DNA of 64,000 bases from Azolla caroliniana (lineage: Eukaryota; Plantae; Polypodiophyta): positions 5,456,001-5,520,000 of the forward strand of contig JBHGNT010000001.1 of the NCBI GenBank assembly GCA_043228905.1, written 5' to 3'. The notes below the pieces were generated by a model. The model was not told where the DNA came from. It worked only from the letters and a program-made list of their open reading frames with translations, and did no database searches. A program made the translations under genes and the position numbers. Positions 48,401 through 61,841 of this stretch are shown piece after piece. Numbering within the stretch: position 1 is the first letter of the stretch; each line of letters opens with the position of its first letter.

Positions 48401-51400
48401 AACATTGATCAGGTAGTTTTAGTATCCATTTTTCTCTGGTGACACTTCTATGTGCTTCTTTTCCATGTTTGGAGTTTCTCTTTAGAAATTAAATGAGTGG
48501 CTTGGCATTTGCACCTTGAACCGAGAAAATTTCTTTTGCTACAAACTGTGTAGAACTTGCGAATTAGAATTGGAGGCATATTTTGTTTTTACAGGTGTTA
48601 TTAGAGTTTAAGGAATATGCAACAGAAGTTGATGTCGATTTTGTTCGGAAAGCTGTACGAGCTATTGGACGGTGTGCTATAAAATTGGATAGGGCTGCTG
48701 AAAAATGCATAGGTGTGCTGCTGGATCTTATTAAAATCAAAGTCAATTATGTTGTTCAAGAGGCCATCGTTGTCATCAAAGACATTTTCAGGCGCTATCC
48801 GAATATGTAAGAAGTTACTGTCCTCTCTTTCATTGAATGAAAGTTCCATTAATGAGTTGCGTTCAAATCTTTCCTATGAAACATCATATTTTCAATATGC
48901 TAAAAAAGGGACATATCATTACCTTAACTTTCCTATCTTTTCAGTGTGCAATAAATGTATATAACCTTAAGATACTGGACAAAAGCTAATTGGAAGAGAA
49001 CAGGGGAAAGAAGATATACAGAGGGTATACAACTATGTTGTGTTTTATGATATCAATCATGAGTCATGACAAAGTATCTATCTTCATCCATGAGTCTTGA
49101 ATTGAGAAAAAAAACTCGGTGAAGGATAGTTTTTTGCTACTTTATTGGAATCATCTACTAATAGCTTTGAATGGCCTTAACTCATAGTGCGGTTATCTCT
49201 CTGAATAGAAAGGGGTGAGGATGGATTGTCGCCACCTTTACAGAGTGTAGATAGGACATTATTACTGGCATATCCATGCGGAGCATTTGCAATTTAAATA
49301 TGGTAAAAGGGTATCTATTAGACCATCAGACAGTTGTGATATGTAATCCCATGACCTTGCAAACCTCAACATCACATTTATGGGCTTTATCTTCATAATA
49401 ACAAAAATAAAATCTTGATATCATATTTAACTATTTTTTACAACCCTGTAAAAATGTGATCTTTCCAGGTATGAGTCAATCATTGCCACCCTCTGTGAAA
49501 ATCTGGACACTTTAGATGAGCCAGAAGCAAAGGCAAGAAGTTTTCTGTATGTTACACATTGATTGTCTTACATATGATGTTTTTGATTTATCATTGATAC
49601 GCTGCAGGCTTCTATGATATGGATAATAGGGGAGTATGCTGAGCGGATTGATAATGCAGATGAATTGCTTGAGAGCTTTCTTGAAACGTTCCCAGAGGAA
49701 CCACCCCAAGTCCAGTTGCAGTTGCTAACAGCTGCCGTAAAGCTTTTCTTGAAAAAGCCCACAGAGCGTCCACAGGAGATGATACAGGCATGATTGCTTA
49801 ATCATACTAATCCTTTCATGATGCGTGTAGCCTGATGCATATAATGTAGTGCATTCTGACTCGTAAGAGTTTGTTTCTTTTCTATGATTGAAAGACTTCC
49901 AATTTGAGAATTTTGAGAAATTGTTCTGACAGCTTATGATTGCATCAGTCCCTCTTTTCATTTAGTTGTACGTTTCAAGTATGTGCATGATGAGAAACTG
50001 TTCCCAAGTTATGGCCTAGGGTTGTCTAGATGTAAGAGAGACTGAATCTCAGATAATGTGAAAGACAGAAAAGCTTCTGTTAGTTATTACTTTGCCTTTA
50101 TATTTCTGAAAGGGTCAGCTACATCCCGTGCGTTAATGAAGCAGTTCTTGAATAGTTTAATTGGACAAATGAAGGTATCAAACCTGTCATGTAACTGGAT
50201 TTATCACAAGTCACGCATTTATAGATATGTACAGCAGGTATATTGGCTAAATGTTCAGTCCTAGTGCCCTAATCAGCAAGTACTATTTGCTATTGTACAG
50301 GTTGTGCTTAATAATGCCACACAGGAAACAGACAACCCAGATCTACGTGATCGAGCATATATCTACTGGAGGCTGCTCTCAACAGATCCTGAGGTAGGAA
50401 AGTTGATACTGAATCTTTTGTATATTGATACAGATTTTCCTGAATGGTTGTATATGATCATTGCAGGCAGCAAAGGATGTTGTGCTGGCAGAAAAGCCAA
50501 CCATAAGTGATGACTCAAACCAGCTCGACCCATCTTTACTCGATGAGCTGCTAGCAAACATTGCCACACTTGCTTCGGTTTATCATAAGCCTCCTGAATC
50601 ATTTGTAAGCCGTGCAAAGATTACAGCCCCACGTCCCGAGGATGATGAGGAGTACAGTGAAGGGCAGAATTCAGGACAAAATGAGTCTTCTGCACCTATT
50701 TCTGAGGCGGTTTCCACATCAGCTGCTCCAGTTGCTTCTCGACCCCCTCCGCAGAAGGCGGCTATTCCTCAGCCAGCTCCTCTTCCTGATTTGCTGGGTG
50801 ATTTGATAGGGCTTGATAATGCGCTTGTCCCTGTGACTGATGCTACCACTACAGCTTCTGCTGGGTGAGCATGCGCCTCTGAGTGAAGCGTTGATTTTGA
50901 TCTTTCATGGTTGATGTAATTTCTTTGAATATTTTGTGGTTCATGCTTGAAGCATTGGTTTGAGTTTTCAGAGTCAATGTGACTTTGTTTCATTAGCCAC
51001 GTTTTCATTCTTATTTGATTTTTTGTTTGTTCATGTGATTTTGGTTTTGTAACCATGCTTCTTGTCTTCTTTGCTTTTTCATCATCCATTTTGCTTGATT
51101 AACTCGGCTTTTCTATTCTATGAATTTTTCGGATTCCATGTGAATTTGCTTCATTAACTGTGTTTCCTTTCTTGTTTGAATTTATGTGACTTTGCTCCAT
51201 TAACCATTCCTTGCTTTTTTCTTTGCAGGCCACCATTACCTGTTATATTCTCGAGCTCTGCTGGGCAGGGGCTACAAATTTGTGGTCAATTGATTCGACG
51301 AGATCGAGACATTTTCTATAATCTTCTCTTTGAGAACAATACACAAACTACTCTTGACGGTTTCCAGATACAGTTCAATAAGAATACATTTGGCCTTGCT

Positions 51401-52291
51401 GCTGCTGGCCCTTTGCAGGTACACTAGATCAGATCAGATTTTTCTTGTTGAATTCATGAAAGAGAAAGTTTCAGCTACCTGGAAGTACTATATTTTTGAA
51501 AAAGAACCACATTTTTTGATTCTACAGGTTCCAACATTGCTTCCTGGGTCTTCTGCTACCACTCTACTTCCTATGGCTTTGTTTCAGAATTTGGCACCAG
51601 GGCCTCCAAATTCTGTTTTACAAGTTGCTGTAAAGAACAACCAACAGCCTGTATGGTATTTTACAGACAAAGTTCCTTTACAAGCACTCTTTCTGGAAGA
51701 TGGCAAGATGGAGCGTAGTACCTTCCTCGAGGTTTGGAACATATATGTTTCTTTTCTTTTCATCTTCACATATTTTACCTCACTTTTTAAATAGTTACCA
51801 GTCTACCCCTACGTTTCTAGAATCACCAGATGTACCATCAAGTTTCCAAGTTTACTGGAATAATTGTAATATTTTTAAAACTGAGGGGTATGCTTATAAT
51901 ATTAGAGAATTTAAGCTAAGAATATCTTGGTGTTGTCACTCCTGATTTCTAAAAAATATGCCATATTTTGCTGCAGACATGGCAGGCACTTCCTGATTCA
52001 CACGAGGTTGCAAGAGACTTACCGAATGCTTCCATAACCAGCGTTGATGCAACTTTGGAGAAGCTTTCTGCGTCAAACTTGTTTTATGTTGCAAGACGAG
52101 TACTAAAGGATACAAACCAAGAGGTTTTATACCTCTCTGGGAAAGTTCCATATGTTTCCGGAAAGTTTATACCATTCCTAGTTGAGCTTACTTTTCTAGT
52201 AGGTTTTCCTGGTGTCAAGTGTGCAGTGAAGACACCAGTCCCCGAGATGGCACCACTCTTTTTTGAAGCCATAGATGCATTGTTGAAGTAA
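45456..52291 (+). CDS. AP-1/AP-2 complex beta subunit (beta-adaptin), 15 coding exons
   Basis: Exons 45456-45542 ([29 protein letters not shown]), 45664-45861, 45934-46047, 46746-46996, 47713-47848, 48033-48212, 48320-48412, 48595-48806, 49469-49532, 49608-49787, 50301-50393, 50467-50864 (clathrin-box-like [10 protein letters not shown]), 51229-51418, 51528-51731, 51977-52291. Confidence 0.95.
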
Positions 52292-55020
52292 AAGCTAAAA
52301 AAAGTATGAACAAAGCCCCTATTGTGTCATGTGTAGGAAGGAAAGCATAGGCACAACTGAGTTGTATTAAAGTTAATACTTCTACGTCAGAAGAGAATTG
52401 TATGTTTAGGAATTTCCTTCTCCTCACTTGTACCGTAAAACTTAAAAGGAAGATCTTGTGTAGCTAGGTTTTGGTGGTGTTGGGGCATGATGGTATGGTA
52501 TCATGTAATAACTGGAAGGGAACTCCCCCAATGAACATATTACGGTACACATGCTGCTGATCAGTTTTTGATTCAAGTATCTGTGACATCATCTTATTGG
52601 AAAATTTTGAACACTGGACTTTACTTTTCTTGAATCTGTTGGAAAATTCCACAATGCATTGGGCGTTTTTCAGCATTTTCTGAAATAATCTGTCAATGTC
52701 AAGCAAGTTTCTTTTACCAAGATTATAAGCCAAGTTCCTTTTCATTTCCATGCTTGAAATTGGACGTTATAGGGAATTGGGAGAAGTGCTACAAAATAAT
52801 TTGAAAGTTGCAGGAATTTTGTTCCTTTTGTACATATCTTATGGCATTTCTTTGTGAAAAATGCTCAGGTGAGCACATGTTTGTGTAACCCTATTGACAC
52901 CAAGGAAGATGTTATACAACTTGAATTATACCACACTCGTATTAAAGACTACTTAACACAACATGTTAGTCCCATATGTGGAGTAAACAAATATAATTAT
53001 GTCATTAGTTTGAGTCTGTGGGTGTATTTTGTGTTGATCCAAATCACGATAATGTTGTTGTGAATGTGGTTCAAAATTCCATTGGGAATTTATGTTAGGG
53101 AGAAACTTTGGAATGATCACGAGTTTTTCTTGTATTTCTAAGTACTTAAACTTTTCATTATCGTCATGGTTTTCTTGGATCTGCTCTTATATGTGCTATT
53201 TGAGCGAGACCATGGTCAATTCATGCTTGTGTACTTGGAATACATGCTGTTCTAAGTAGTCAATTCATTTTTCACTTTTAAGATCAATTAGAGATGTTTG
53301 GGGAAATAGAAAAAACTGAGCGTTTAAGGAAAGATAAATTTGTGGGTCTGGCAAACTGGTGCAACAATTCTATGAATTTAAGCATTCCAATAAGTCATTA
53401 AATTACAATGCTCAATAGAACATTATATGTTCAACGACAATGTGACAACATTAACCTTGATATGTTAGGCTACTTTAGACTTCCGTTCACAATATTGTTT
53501 ATAAATTCACTTTAAAGTCTTAGCAATGGGTTTGATGTTTTGGACCATGGTCATTTTTTCAACAACCTAGTGTTCAAAATGACGGGAATGTGTTCGACAA
53601 GAGATTACATGTCGTCGTACTTAGTTTTAGGTCATGCAAACTTTGCTCTTGAAGAACTAGAGTTGCAATGTTGACATTCCCATTTTTCCATAGCTTAGAA
53701 AAAGTACATTTTAGAAAACTTATTTATTTATTTATTGAGCTCTGATAAATGATTTTATATGAGATTTTAGAAAACTTATTTATTCCATTTTATATATGGA
53801 ATTGCCAATTTTCTTCTCATAAGAATCATATTGTATAACATAACAAAATTTGATTTACCAATGTAGTTTGTCTTGCTCCCTTAAGCACCAATTAATTAAC
53901 TTATCTAATTACCTCAGTAATCTACCTATCTAATTTCAGTAGAGAGATTGATAGGGTGTGTGTTGCAATATAAATTATGTATAGCTCAAACAAATACAAT
54001 GCCCTTGTTTTCTTCTATGAATTTGTCTCAAATCAAAGGACTTATGGGATTTCACTCCTTGAACATTAATTTGAGAGTATCATTAGATTTTAAACGTTAG
54101 ACGATGTTTTAATATATTAATACACTACACAATAGAATATCATGTCGAGGATATGCTTTTCTTTTATTCAGAATAAACCAATAGGAAATATCAATTTTAA
54201 GTTGCATACCCCCCCCCCCCCCCTTCCTTAGAGCCCATTGCTTGAAAACAACAGTCTTCTACTTCAAGGACAATGTTGATCAAGTACATCAAGGTAATTA
54301 TGTGCATTATACAATGTGATGCATTCATTACCGCTTATTCATGAAAGTGTATCGTGAGATATATGAATACTACTTCTGATATAGGCAGATGTATTTATTT
54401 ATTTACAAACAAAACAAACATCCAATCATTGTTTTTTCTTTAAACAAATGTGTCTCATTATTTGTGTTTTATATAGCCTCTACAATAAAATTTCAAATAG
54501 GTTCCTGAAAACACTAGAGTGGTATTTTCGAGAGCTACATCGATTTGCAACTTGTTCTCATGTTTAGGGAAAGAAGGTACTTAAATATCTTAAAGGATAA
54601 ATATTGAACAAGTGACACGATATTCACAAATGTATTTACTGAAGTTTGGGGATATTTGGAAGTCTCGCTAACCCATTAAGGGCAGTCAAACGATTTTTAG
54701 TACATATAATTGACAAGGTGTATTGATGAAAAATTGAAGAGATGAGACCTCGTCTCTATATATTGATAAAGTACAACACTACTACTTAGTGCAACAAGTA
54801 ATAATCATTTATAATAATAATGACATAATTTTACTATTGTTGTAATTTCACTTTCTTGTGAAATTGCCCCCTCTTTTGTCCCTAGTACCTACCCCCCATC
54901 CATTCTACACTTCTACTTCCGATGGAAAATGTGACAGTATTGTCTTTCTACATCACATAAGAGACTTAACACTTTATTGCTTATAGATTGGCGAAATGGG
55001 CTTAAGAGCTATCAAAGTTC

Positions 55021-55090
55021 TAAATTTTAGAAAAATGGCAAAGCGTTTGATTTCTAATGCTATGGACGTGGGTTCCAATCCAAATCAATA
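55021..55090 (+). pseudogene. Degenerate tRNA-Arg(UCU)-like sequence or SINE head
   Basis: AATGGCAAAGCGTTTGATTTCTAATG…GTGGGTTCCAATCC resembles plant tRNA-Arg(UCU) AATGGATAAGGCGTCTGACTTCTAATC…GTGGGTTCGAGTCC. The stems are broken. Confidence 0.4.
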
Positions 55091-57776
55091 TGCTTGATGT
55101 GGTGCTTAGTATAAAATTCTTCTCAACTCTAGTTCAAGATCATGAACCTTTTACAATATGGAAACCCTTGAATTGAAAATGATAGCACAAAGCTAATACA
55201 AGTACAACAAGACATTTATAATTTTGCTTGAGATCGTGCACATTACCCATGACAATTTTACTTTGAGATCATCTCACTACCCTTTGGTTGAAAATGATAA
55301 CACTTTATGAAAAGGAAGTGGTAATTCAAGGGCAATCGCTAATAAAGGACACCATGACATTTATAGTTTTAGTTGGAGATCATGCGCACAACAATAGTAC
55401 CACCACAGTAAAACTTCAAAAGCCGAAATTAAAGCTACAATAGTACAACAAGGCATAACTTGTGCTCATAATTTCAGTTTTGAGATCGTGTGCCTTGACC
55501 GTTTGCTCCTTAACAATGGAGTTACAAATTTTGACAGTGACCCATTATGTCCACAACTCTCTAGTGTTGAAAACGATGGTATCACCCTTCAATAGAAATG
55601 CTATGATGATACGCTCCCTCAAAAACGCAGTACAACAAGATATGATGTGCACAACATAATATGTAATATGTATGATGCGTTGCCTCTCATTTGTGAAATT
55701 TTGTATCATGAAATACTAAAGTTTGTAGACAAGAGAAGCGAGTTATATTTTACAATGTCTATGACTAAAACTAGGGTTCTTAACCATTAGCTAGAGTGTC
55801 TCTTTGGAAGGAGAGGCATTATGAATAATCTCAAATTATAACCAGGTAATCAATTCATCATTTTAGTCCATTGGAAAAGAAACGGTACAATGATATATTG
55901 AAAGGGAAGATATTTAACATAACGATTGTCAACATGTGAGAAAAAAAAGGTTACGAGAAAGGGCGGGGAGAGAAAAGACGAGAGACAAAGTCTAGAGCAG
56001 GGCAACCCTATTTATTAGAGAGTAATGTTGCTTGGATTAACTTCCTTCACAAGTTACTCACATGTTCTATCCAATCATTTTGTATCATCATATATGTATA
56101 TATAAAAAAGCAAAACACATGTTTGCTTTTCCCTCCTTTTTAGTTTTTATTTTTGCTTTTCCTCTCTTTTCAAAGGGTACCTTTTTTTGCCTTTTTTTTT
56201 TTCATTTTCCTCCTCTTTCTCCCAAAAAATAAAAAAGGTTTGCTTTCATTCCTTTATTGATGTTATTTTTCCTTTCTTTTCTCAGAAAAAAAAAGACTTT
56301 TAACCAATTGGGTAAGAAAGAGAATAACAAAGGGGGGTGGGGGGGAGAGAAAAGCATCAACTTGTTTTTAATGACTAATATAATTCATTGCTTTAGTTTG
56401 TGTGTCTTCTTCTTCTTCTTGTGTGTGAGTGTGTGTGTGTGTGTTTCCTTCCCAAGAAGCATAAGTAAAAATGTCTTGAATAAAAAACCAGCAAAAGAAT
56501 CCATTAAAAAATATATTGTTAATTTGAATGTATATTTCTACCGAATGAATTTGTTGCCACCAAAAAGGTTGCCATGGAAGGAAACAACTAACAAGAACAA
56601 AACTTGCAAGTTCTGATGATTAATTGATCTAGGAAAGCAAAGAACAATGAAAAAGAATGTAGCTACTCTCGGGTTTCCCTAAAATATCCACATTTTAAAC
56701 CATGAATTTTCCTTGGTTGTTTTGAATGAATGTCCCTCCTACCACCCATTGGATTCATGGTCAAAGGTCGAAGCTTCTATATCGATAAATCACACGGAAT
56801 TGTAGATTCAAGCACGCAGTTCAAAAAGAACAAAAAACACTGATAAATGTAGGTTTATAAGTTATAACATGCTAACTTGTTAAGCCAAAAATTCGACCTA
56901 TGGATCATAACATGTTAGGTTAATCTACGTGATGATCTCAACTACTTTGGTGTCTCATCGATGCCTCCCACTGCACGAAGAAATTAGCATTGAAAACAAT
57001 TTGCTTCATGGTACACAACATTAGGAAAATTTGCAACGTAAACGCGTACGAAATAAGGAAAAGTAAATTACGCAACATTAACTACACACAGTTTGCCTTG
57101 ATTGGCAAATTTTATGGCATACTAACCCAACTATATAAAAGTTACACTTGACATTCCTTGACAATTGCAAAAACAAAAAAAAAATCCATCAAATTGCATG
57201 AAGTAAGAGCAAGTTTACAATTGAAAAATCATGTAAACTCAGTTGTGTCATTCTCATCATCTTCCTAACTAACCTTCTCATATAATCAAATCAATCCTAT
57301 CCTTAAATCATTTTCTCTCAATCAAGTGGGGGGGGTGGGCCATCTAGCATTTCAAAGCCATGACCTCCTCCCCTCTCATCTTAGACTACTTATAACCTAC
57401 AAAAGTCAATCAAATCCTAACTTCCCCAACAAACACACACACACACACACACACAATGTCCCAAGTCAAGGAGTGTTGTGTGCGAGAGCAAAGACCCAGT
57501 TAAATGCAAAACATAGTTTCATTCAACCTCCCCTGAAAATGCTTGAAAACATGTGCTCTAGAGTAACGAATCTCGGGCTTGTTCTACTACTATGTACAAG
57601 AATTAGTAGAGAACTCAATAGCCGATTGCACTAGACATCACACCCTGCTGTCTTCCAAAGATAATGCTACAACACGAGCTGCCATCATATATGTGTATAT
57701 ATATATATCTCTTTATTATTGTCGTTGATTGTTGCCATATGATGCTACCAATGGTTAGGTGGCCCCAATTGTCGAC

Positions 57777-59486
57777 TTAGATATGATTGTGTCCAATTTG
57801 CTCGACCTTTGCACTCCTCGTGTCTATGGCAATGTGGTGTTCCCGACATTCGGATGAGCAGAATGCCCTATCCCCTCTGTTAGTTCCCAAAACAAAAAGT
57901 AAACAAAAATAGATAACCATGAACTTACAAATGAAAGGTTATTAGTGTAGCATTTGGAGGGGGGATCCTAAAAACCATACACCCTTAAACCTTAAACCCT
58001 AACTAAAACAAAGCATAATTCATGTGAGAAAGGATTGGGAATCACATTGCTAATTTAACCCTAAGCCCCCCAGCCCTCTTAAACCCTAACAAACCCAACA
58101 AAGAGAAAAATGCACATTAACTGAGCAGGAAGCTTTGACCACGAGGTTAATATGTATAGGGGGGGGGTCCTAAACCCTAAAATTTCCAAACACACTGAAA
58201 CATTTAAGAGAAAATATAGATTGACAGAAAGTAAGACATGGAACCTTAAAACGCTAAACCTTCAAAACAATAAACCCTTTCAACCCTTAAAACCCCTTGG
58301 AGCCTTAAAGCTACTAAATCCCTTAAAACACTGAAAACCTTAAAAGCTTCCAAATCCCTGTACCCCTAAAACGATGAAGAATGAGAAATAGATCTACCAA
58401 ATCGAACCCTTACACCCTTGTGGGTATGGAAAAATAAGATTTCCTTCAGTCAAATTCCTCCACTTTATGAAGTATGCATGTTATTTATTACCTGTACATG
58501 AAGATATCTCTCCCTTGCTTTAGATGCCTCTTGCAGTGGAAGCAAGAACGTAGGAAATCACCATCGCCATCATTAATACCATCGTCACTGATAACATCAT
58601 CATCCATGGCATCATCATCATCACTACCACATTCTTCTTCTTCTTCTTCTTCTTCTTCTTCTTCTCCTTCTCGATCCACTTCATCAAAATGAATTCCAAG
58701 AGTGGGGCAAAGAACTCTAGAAAAGCAACAAGTTCTTGACTTTGAATCTGCATCAAAATTTGATTTTGCTTTTGAAGAGTTAAAATTGTAGCCATTTCTT
58801 AACAAGATACCCTCACAGCTAGGATTAGTTACTACTGTCATTCCAGCACCATTGCCATCATTGTGAGATTGAGGATCACGTATTGAACCTTTTGTTGATG
58901 TATGACCACAAGGGTTTTCTGCCTCAGATTTCTTCATCTTCTTTGAATTCTCCTCCTTTTCACCAGAAATCTCTTCTAATTTCTTGTTATCATTATGATG
59001 ATTGGAAGATGATGAAAGTAAGAGACTTTTACCAAGAGCACTAATACTAGACTTAGTATGATGATTCGTACTCATCTTCATCGTAGAAGTAGTAATATTA
59101 GTAGTAGGGAGGGTTTGAACCTTTGCAGATTTTTCTTCTTCTATAGTATCATTCTCTTCTTCTTCTTCACAGTATGATTCTAGAACAGATCTTGGGCTTA
59201 TCATACTATTATTCTCATGGGTGGATGAGATGTCATTCTTACTCTCACTCTCATTATTACTACTAGTGAATTGAGTATCCGAGCCGCCAAAATTAAGACT
59301 AAATCCAATGATTACTCTCTGAGGCTTAATTATCCCCGAAGATTTCTGCGGGAGAGATTTGGATCCTTCTTCTTCTTCTTCTTCTTCTTCTTCTTCTCCT
59401 GGTTCATCGTTCACGAGGCACAGAGATTTGATGGTGTTTGTTGCTGCTGTGGCGAGAGAATTGGAGGAGAGGATTCTACTCAGCAT
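57777..59486 (-). CDS. FLZ: FCS-like zinc finger (FLZ/DUF581) protein, 2 exons
   Basis: Exon 1 59486-58492 and exon 2 57876-57777. The spliced domain FLRSCFHCKRHLKQGRDIFMYR|GDRAFCSSECREHHI fits CX2C…FCSX2C. Long acidic, disordered N-terminus. Confidence 0.92.
57960..58370. repeat. Degenerate telomere-like (AAACCCT) cluster in the FLZ intron
   Basis: Many AAACCCTAA/AAACCTTAA/AACCCTTAA variants, e.g. 57981-58003, 58081-58090, 58170-58180, 58241-58300. Confidence 0.6.
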
Positions 59487-61777
59487 ATCTCTCCTTAAAT
59501 TTCCCTGGGTACTGGAGGAGACGAGGGGATTAGCGGCTAATCACGAGGAAATTAGCTCGCTAAAACCCGCAGGGGAAAGAGCAGAGCACAGTATAGCTTA
59601 TTTAGATACAGAAGAAGGAAAAGGACAGAGGAAAAAGAAATGGAGAGGGATGAATTTCATACGAAGTCAGTTTTATTATAATTCCTGGAAATGCCCCTCC
59701 TCCTCCGAGAGAGAAAGAGAGTCCATTTTTTTTACCCTAATTCCTAAAAATACCCCCATGCCCTCTCTTGAATCTCTCTTACCCTAATTCCTCCTAACAT
59801 TGCGCCATGAAACTGCATTTGAGAAAAACAGATCGCTTTGTGTTTTACCTCTTCGAATTCAATCAATCTCAAGCATAGGCGAGTTGGCGATCCGAGCCAT
59901 TTTTTGGTTTAAATTTCATGACCAAATAGATGTGTGCCAAGCCCCCTTAATGGGTGTGAACGATCAAAAGGACACTCATCTTCACGAGTAACCACTTGTT
60001 TGGGTTTAAAAATATCGGGCAATAACCAAAGGGTGTTCTCGTGTAAACTAGAGCAATATCTTTCGAGGGATGCTTGTAAACTTCAGTGGCATTCCAAGTG
60101 GGGTGGCATTTTGGGAAGTATGTTATGACCTAATTGTAGGCTAAAGAAGGTAAAAACTTAATAAGGAGAGGGTTAAACTCACACAAGTGGTATTTATACG
60201 ACGCTCTCCATTGGAGAAGGATAATTTTAGGGAACACTTGTGTTCCTTGCCTTTTTCTCAAAAACTTGACAGAAATATAGTTACTCTATCTACATGAAAC
60301 TAGATTTTGAAATGAAATTCTCAATCAACACGTACTTCATTTGGTTAAAACATAAGCTTGTCCTAGACTGAGGAGTTTAAAAGTTCCCTTTTGTGTGTTG
60401 TTTGTAAGGTTTAGTGGCAAATATTAAGTTTGGCACTTTCACACCTTGGTTTTACCTTGCTTTTGGTTGCCAAGAGGCATATCTTAATATTTGAAAGTTT
60501 TTTTTATATGCTAAATGGTTGTCTGAAACTAAGGGTATTTGTCATAAAAAATAGAGTCCTTTTCTCCTCCAAAACTCATCATGCACAACAAATAATTGGT
60601 TGTTCATCCATGTTTGGATTCTCTATAATTTGTGCCGACTCTTTATCGATGAACAATTCCAAAATGTAGCATCCCAATAAGGATCATCTTTTCTTTCAAT
60701 TGTTAACAATTATTATTATATTCCCTTATATAAACTACATTGTACCCCCAATTAATTATTTTGAATGTTACTGTTGCAAGTGGAAATTACAGTAAACTCA
60801 TGGTTTCTTTTTTTCAAACACTCCAAGGTTGAGCTTTGTCCCACACAGTTCATGACTTCTGTAAACATTCTGTTGGATAGACACATTGCCACTTCTCACG
60901 TTGATAGTGAATATCCTAGCAGATACAGATACATGTGCTATGTTCAGTAGGTTGAACTCTTTACTTGCGAAAGACAAAACTTGTTAGATAATTCCGTGTC
61001 GTAATTTTACATACCACTACAAGGCTTTTAAAAAGCTTGTTTTGGTCATTGAAGTTTAGATAAAGCATATGTACCAAAAAGACATGGAATGACAAATTCT
61101 TCAAACTGGTTCCTTGTTTAGCTATCTTGCTTTACATTGAATAAAATCAATGTATCTAAACACTGAGGACTCCATGAATGGCTAGTCGTCTTCTAGTTTA
61201 TTGTGCAAAGCATTTTGTAGCTATCATAGATTCTTCTAAATCTAGCAAATGAACTCAATAGAGAGAATCTCCTCATCCATCTATGGAAGAAACTAATAAA
61301 TTTGGGAGGGAAAACGTCAATGAATCCTCCCCAAAACATATGTGTTGAAAGTTTTCCAACATCTATGTTCAAAGATTCCCAACATACTCATCTTCTAGTT
61401 AAAAGTAGTTTATTATGCATCACATTTTGCAACTATCTATGCAATCCTACAAATAAACTCTAAGGAGAAAAATGTCTCATCAATCTATGAAAGAAAACTC
61501 ATTAAAATGCTTAAAATATGATATCGATGAACTGTTTTCAATGCATAATATTAGAGTATCCCAAAATCTCGATATGTATGTTTAAAACTTAAATATTGTT
61601 AAGGTATCCCAACATCTCGATTTATTACATAATTTTCACAACATTAATTTAAAATCTATGCACCATATGAATGGAAAATCTATCCATTTGAGGGTATGAG
61701 TTGAATGATCTCTTATTTGTATGATAATATTCTTGAGTGTGTGTCAGGAAGAAATTTTCATTCTTTGGAGAGTGTGA

Positions 61778-61780
<3 letters not shown>

Positions 61781-61839
<59 letters not shown>
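61781..61839. repeat. (AC)n microsatellite
   Basis: Direct read. Confidence 0.95.

Positions 61840-61841
<2 letters not shown>

Noticed and set aside
59598-59660. 20-codon uORF upstream of FLZ (MKFIPLHFFFLCPFPSSVSK)
   Set aside because: Its ATG is only ~12 nt from the likely TATA (59672-59680) and so is probably upstream of the TSS. There is no conservation evidence.
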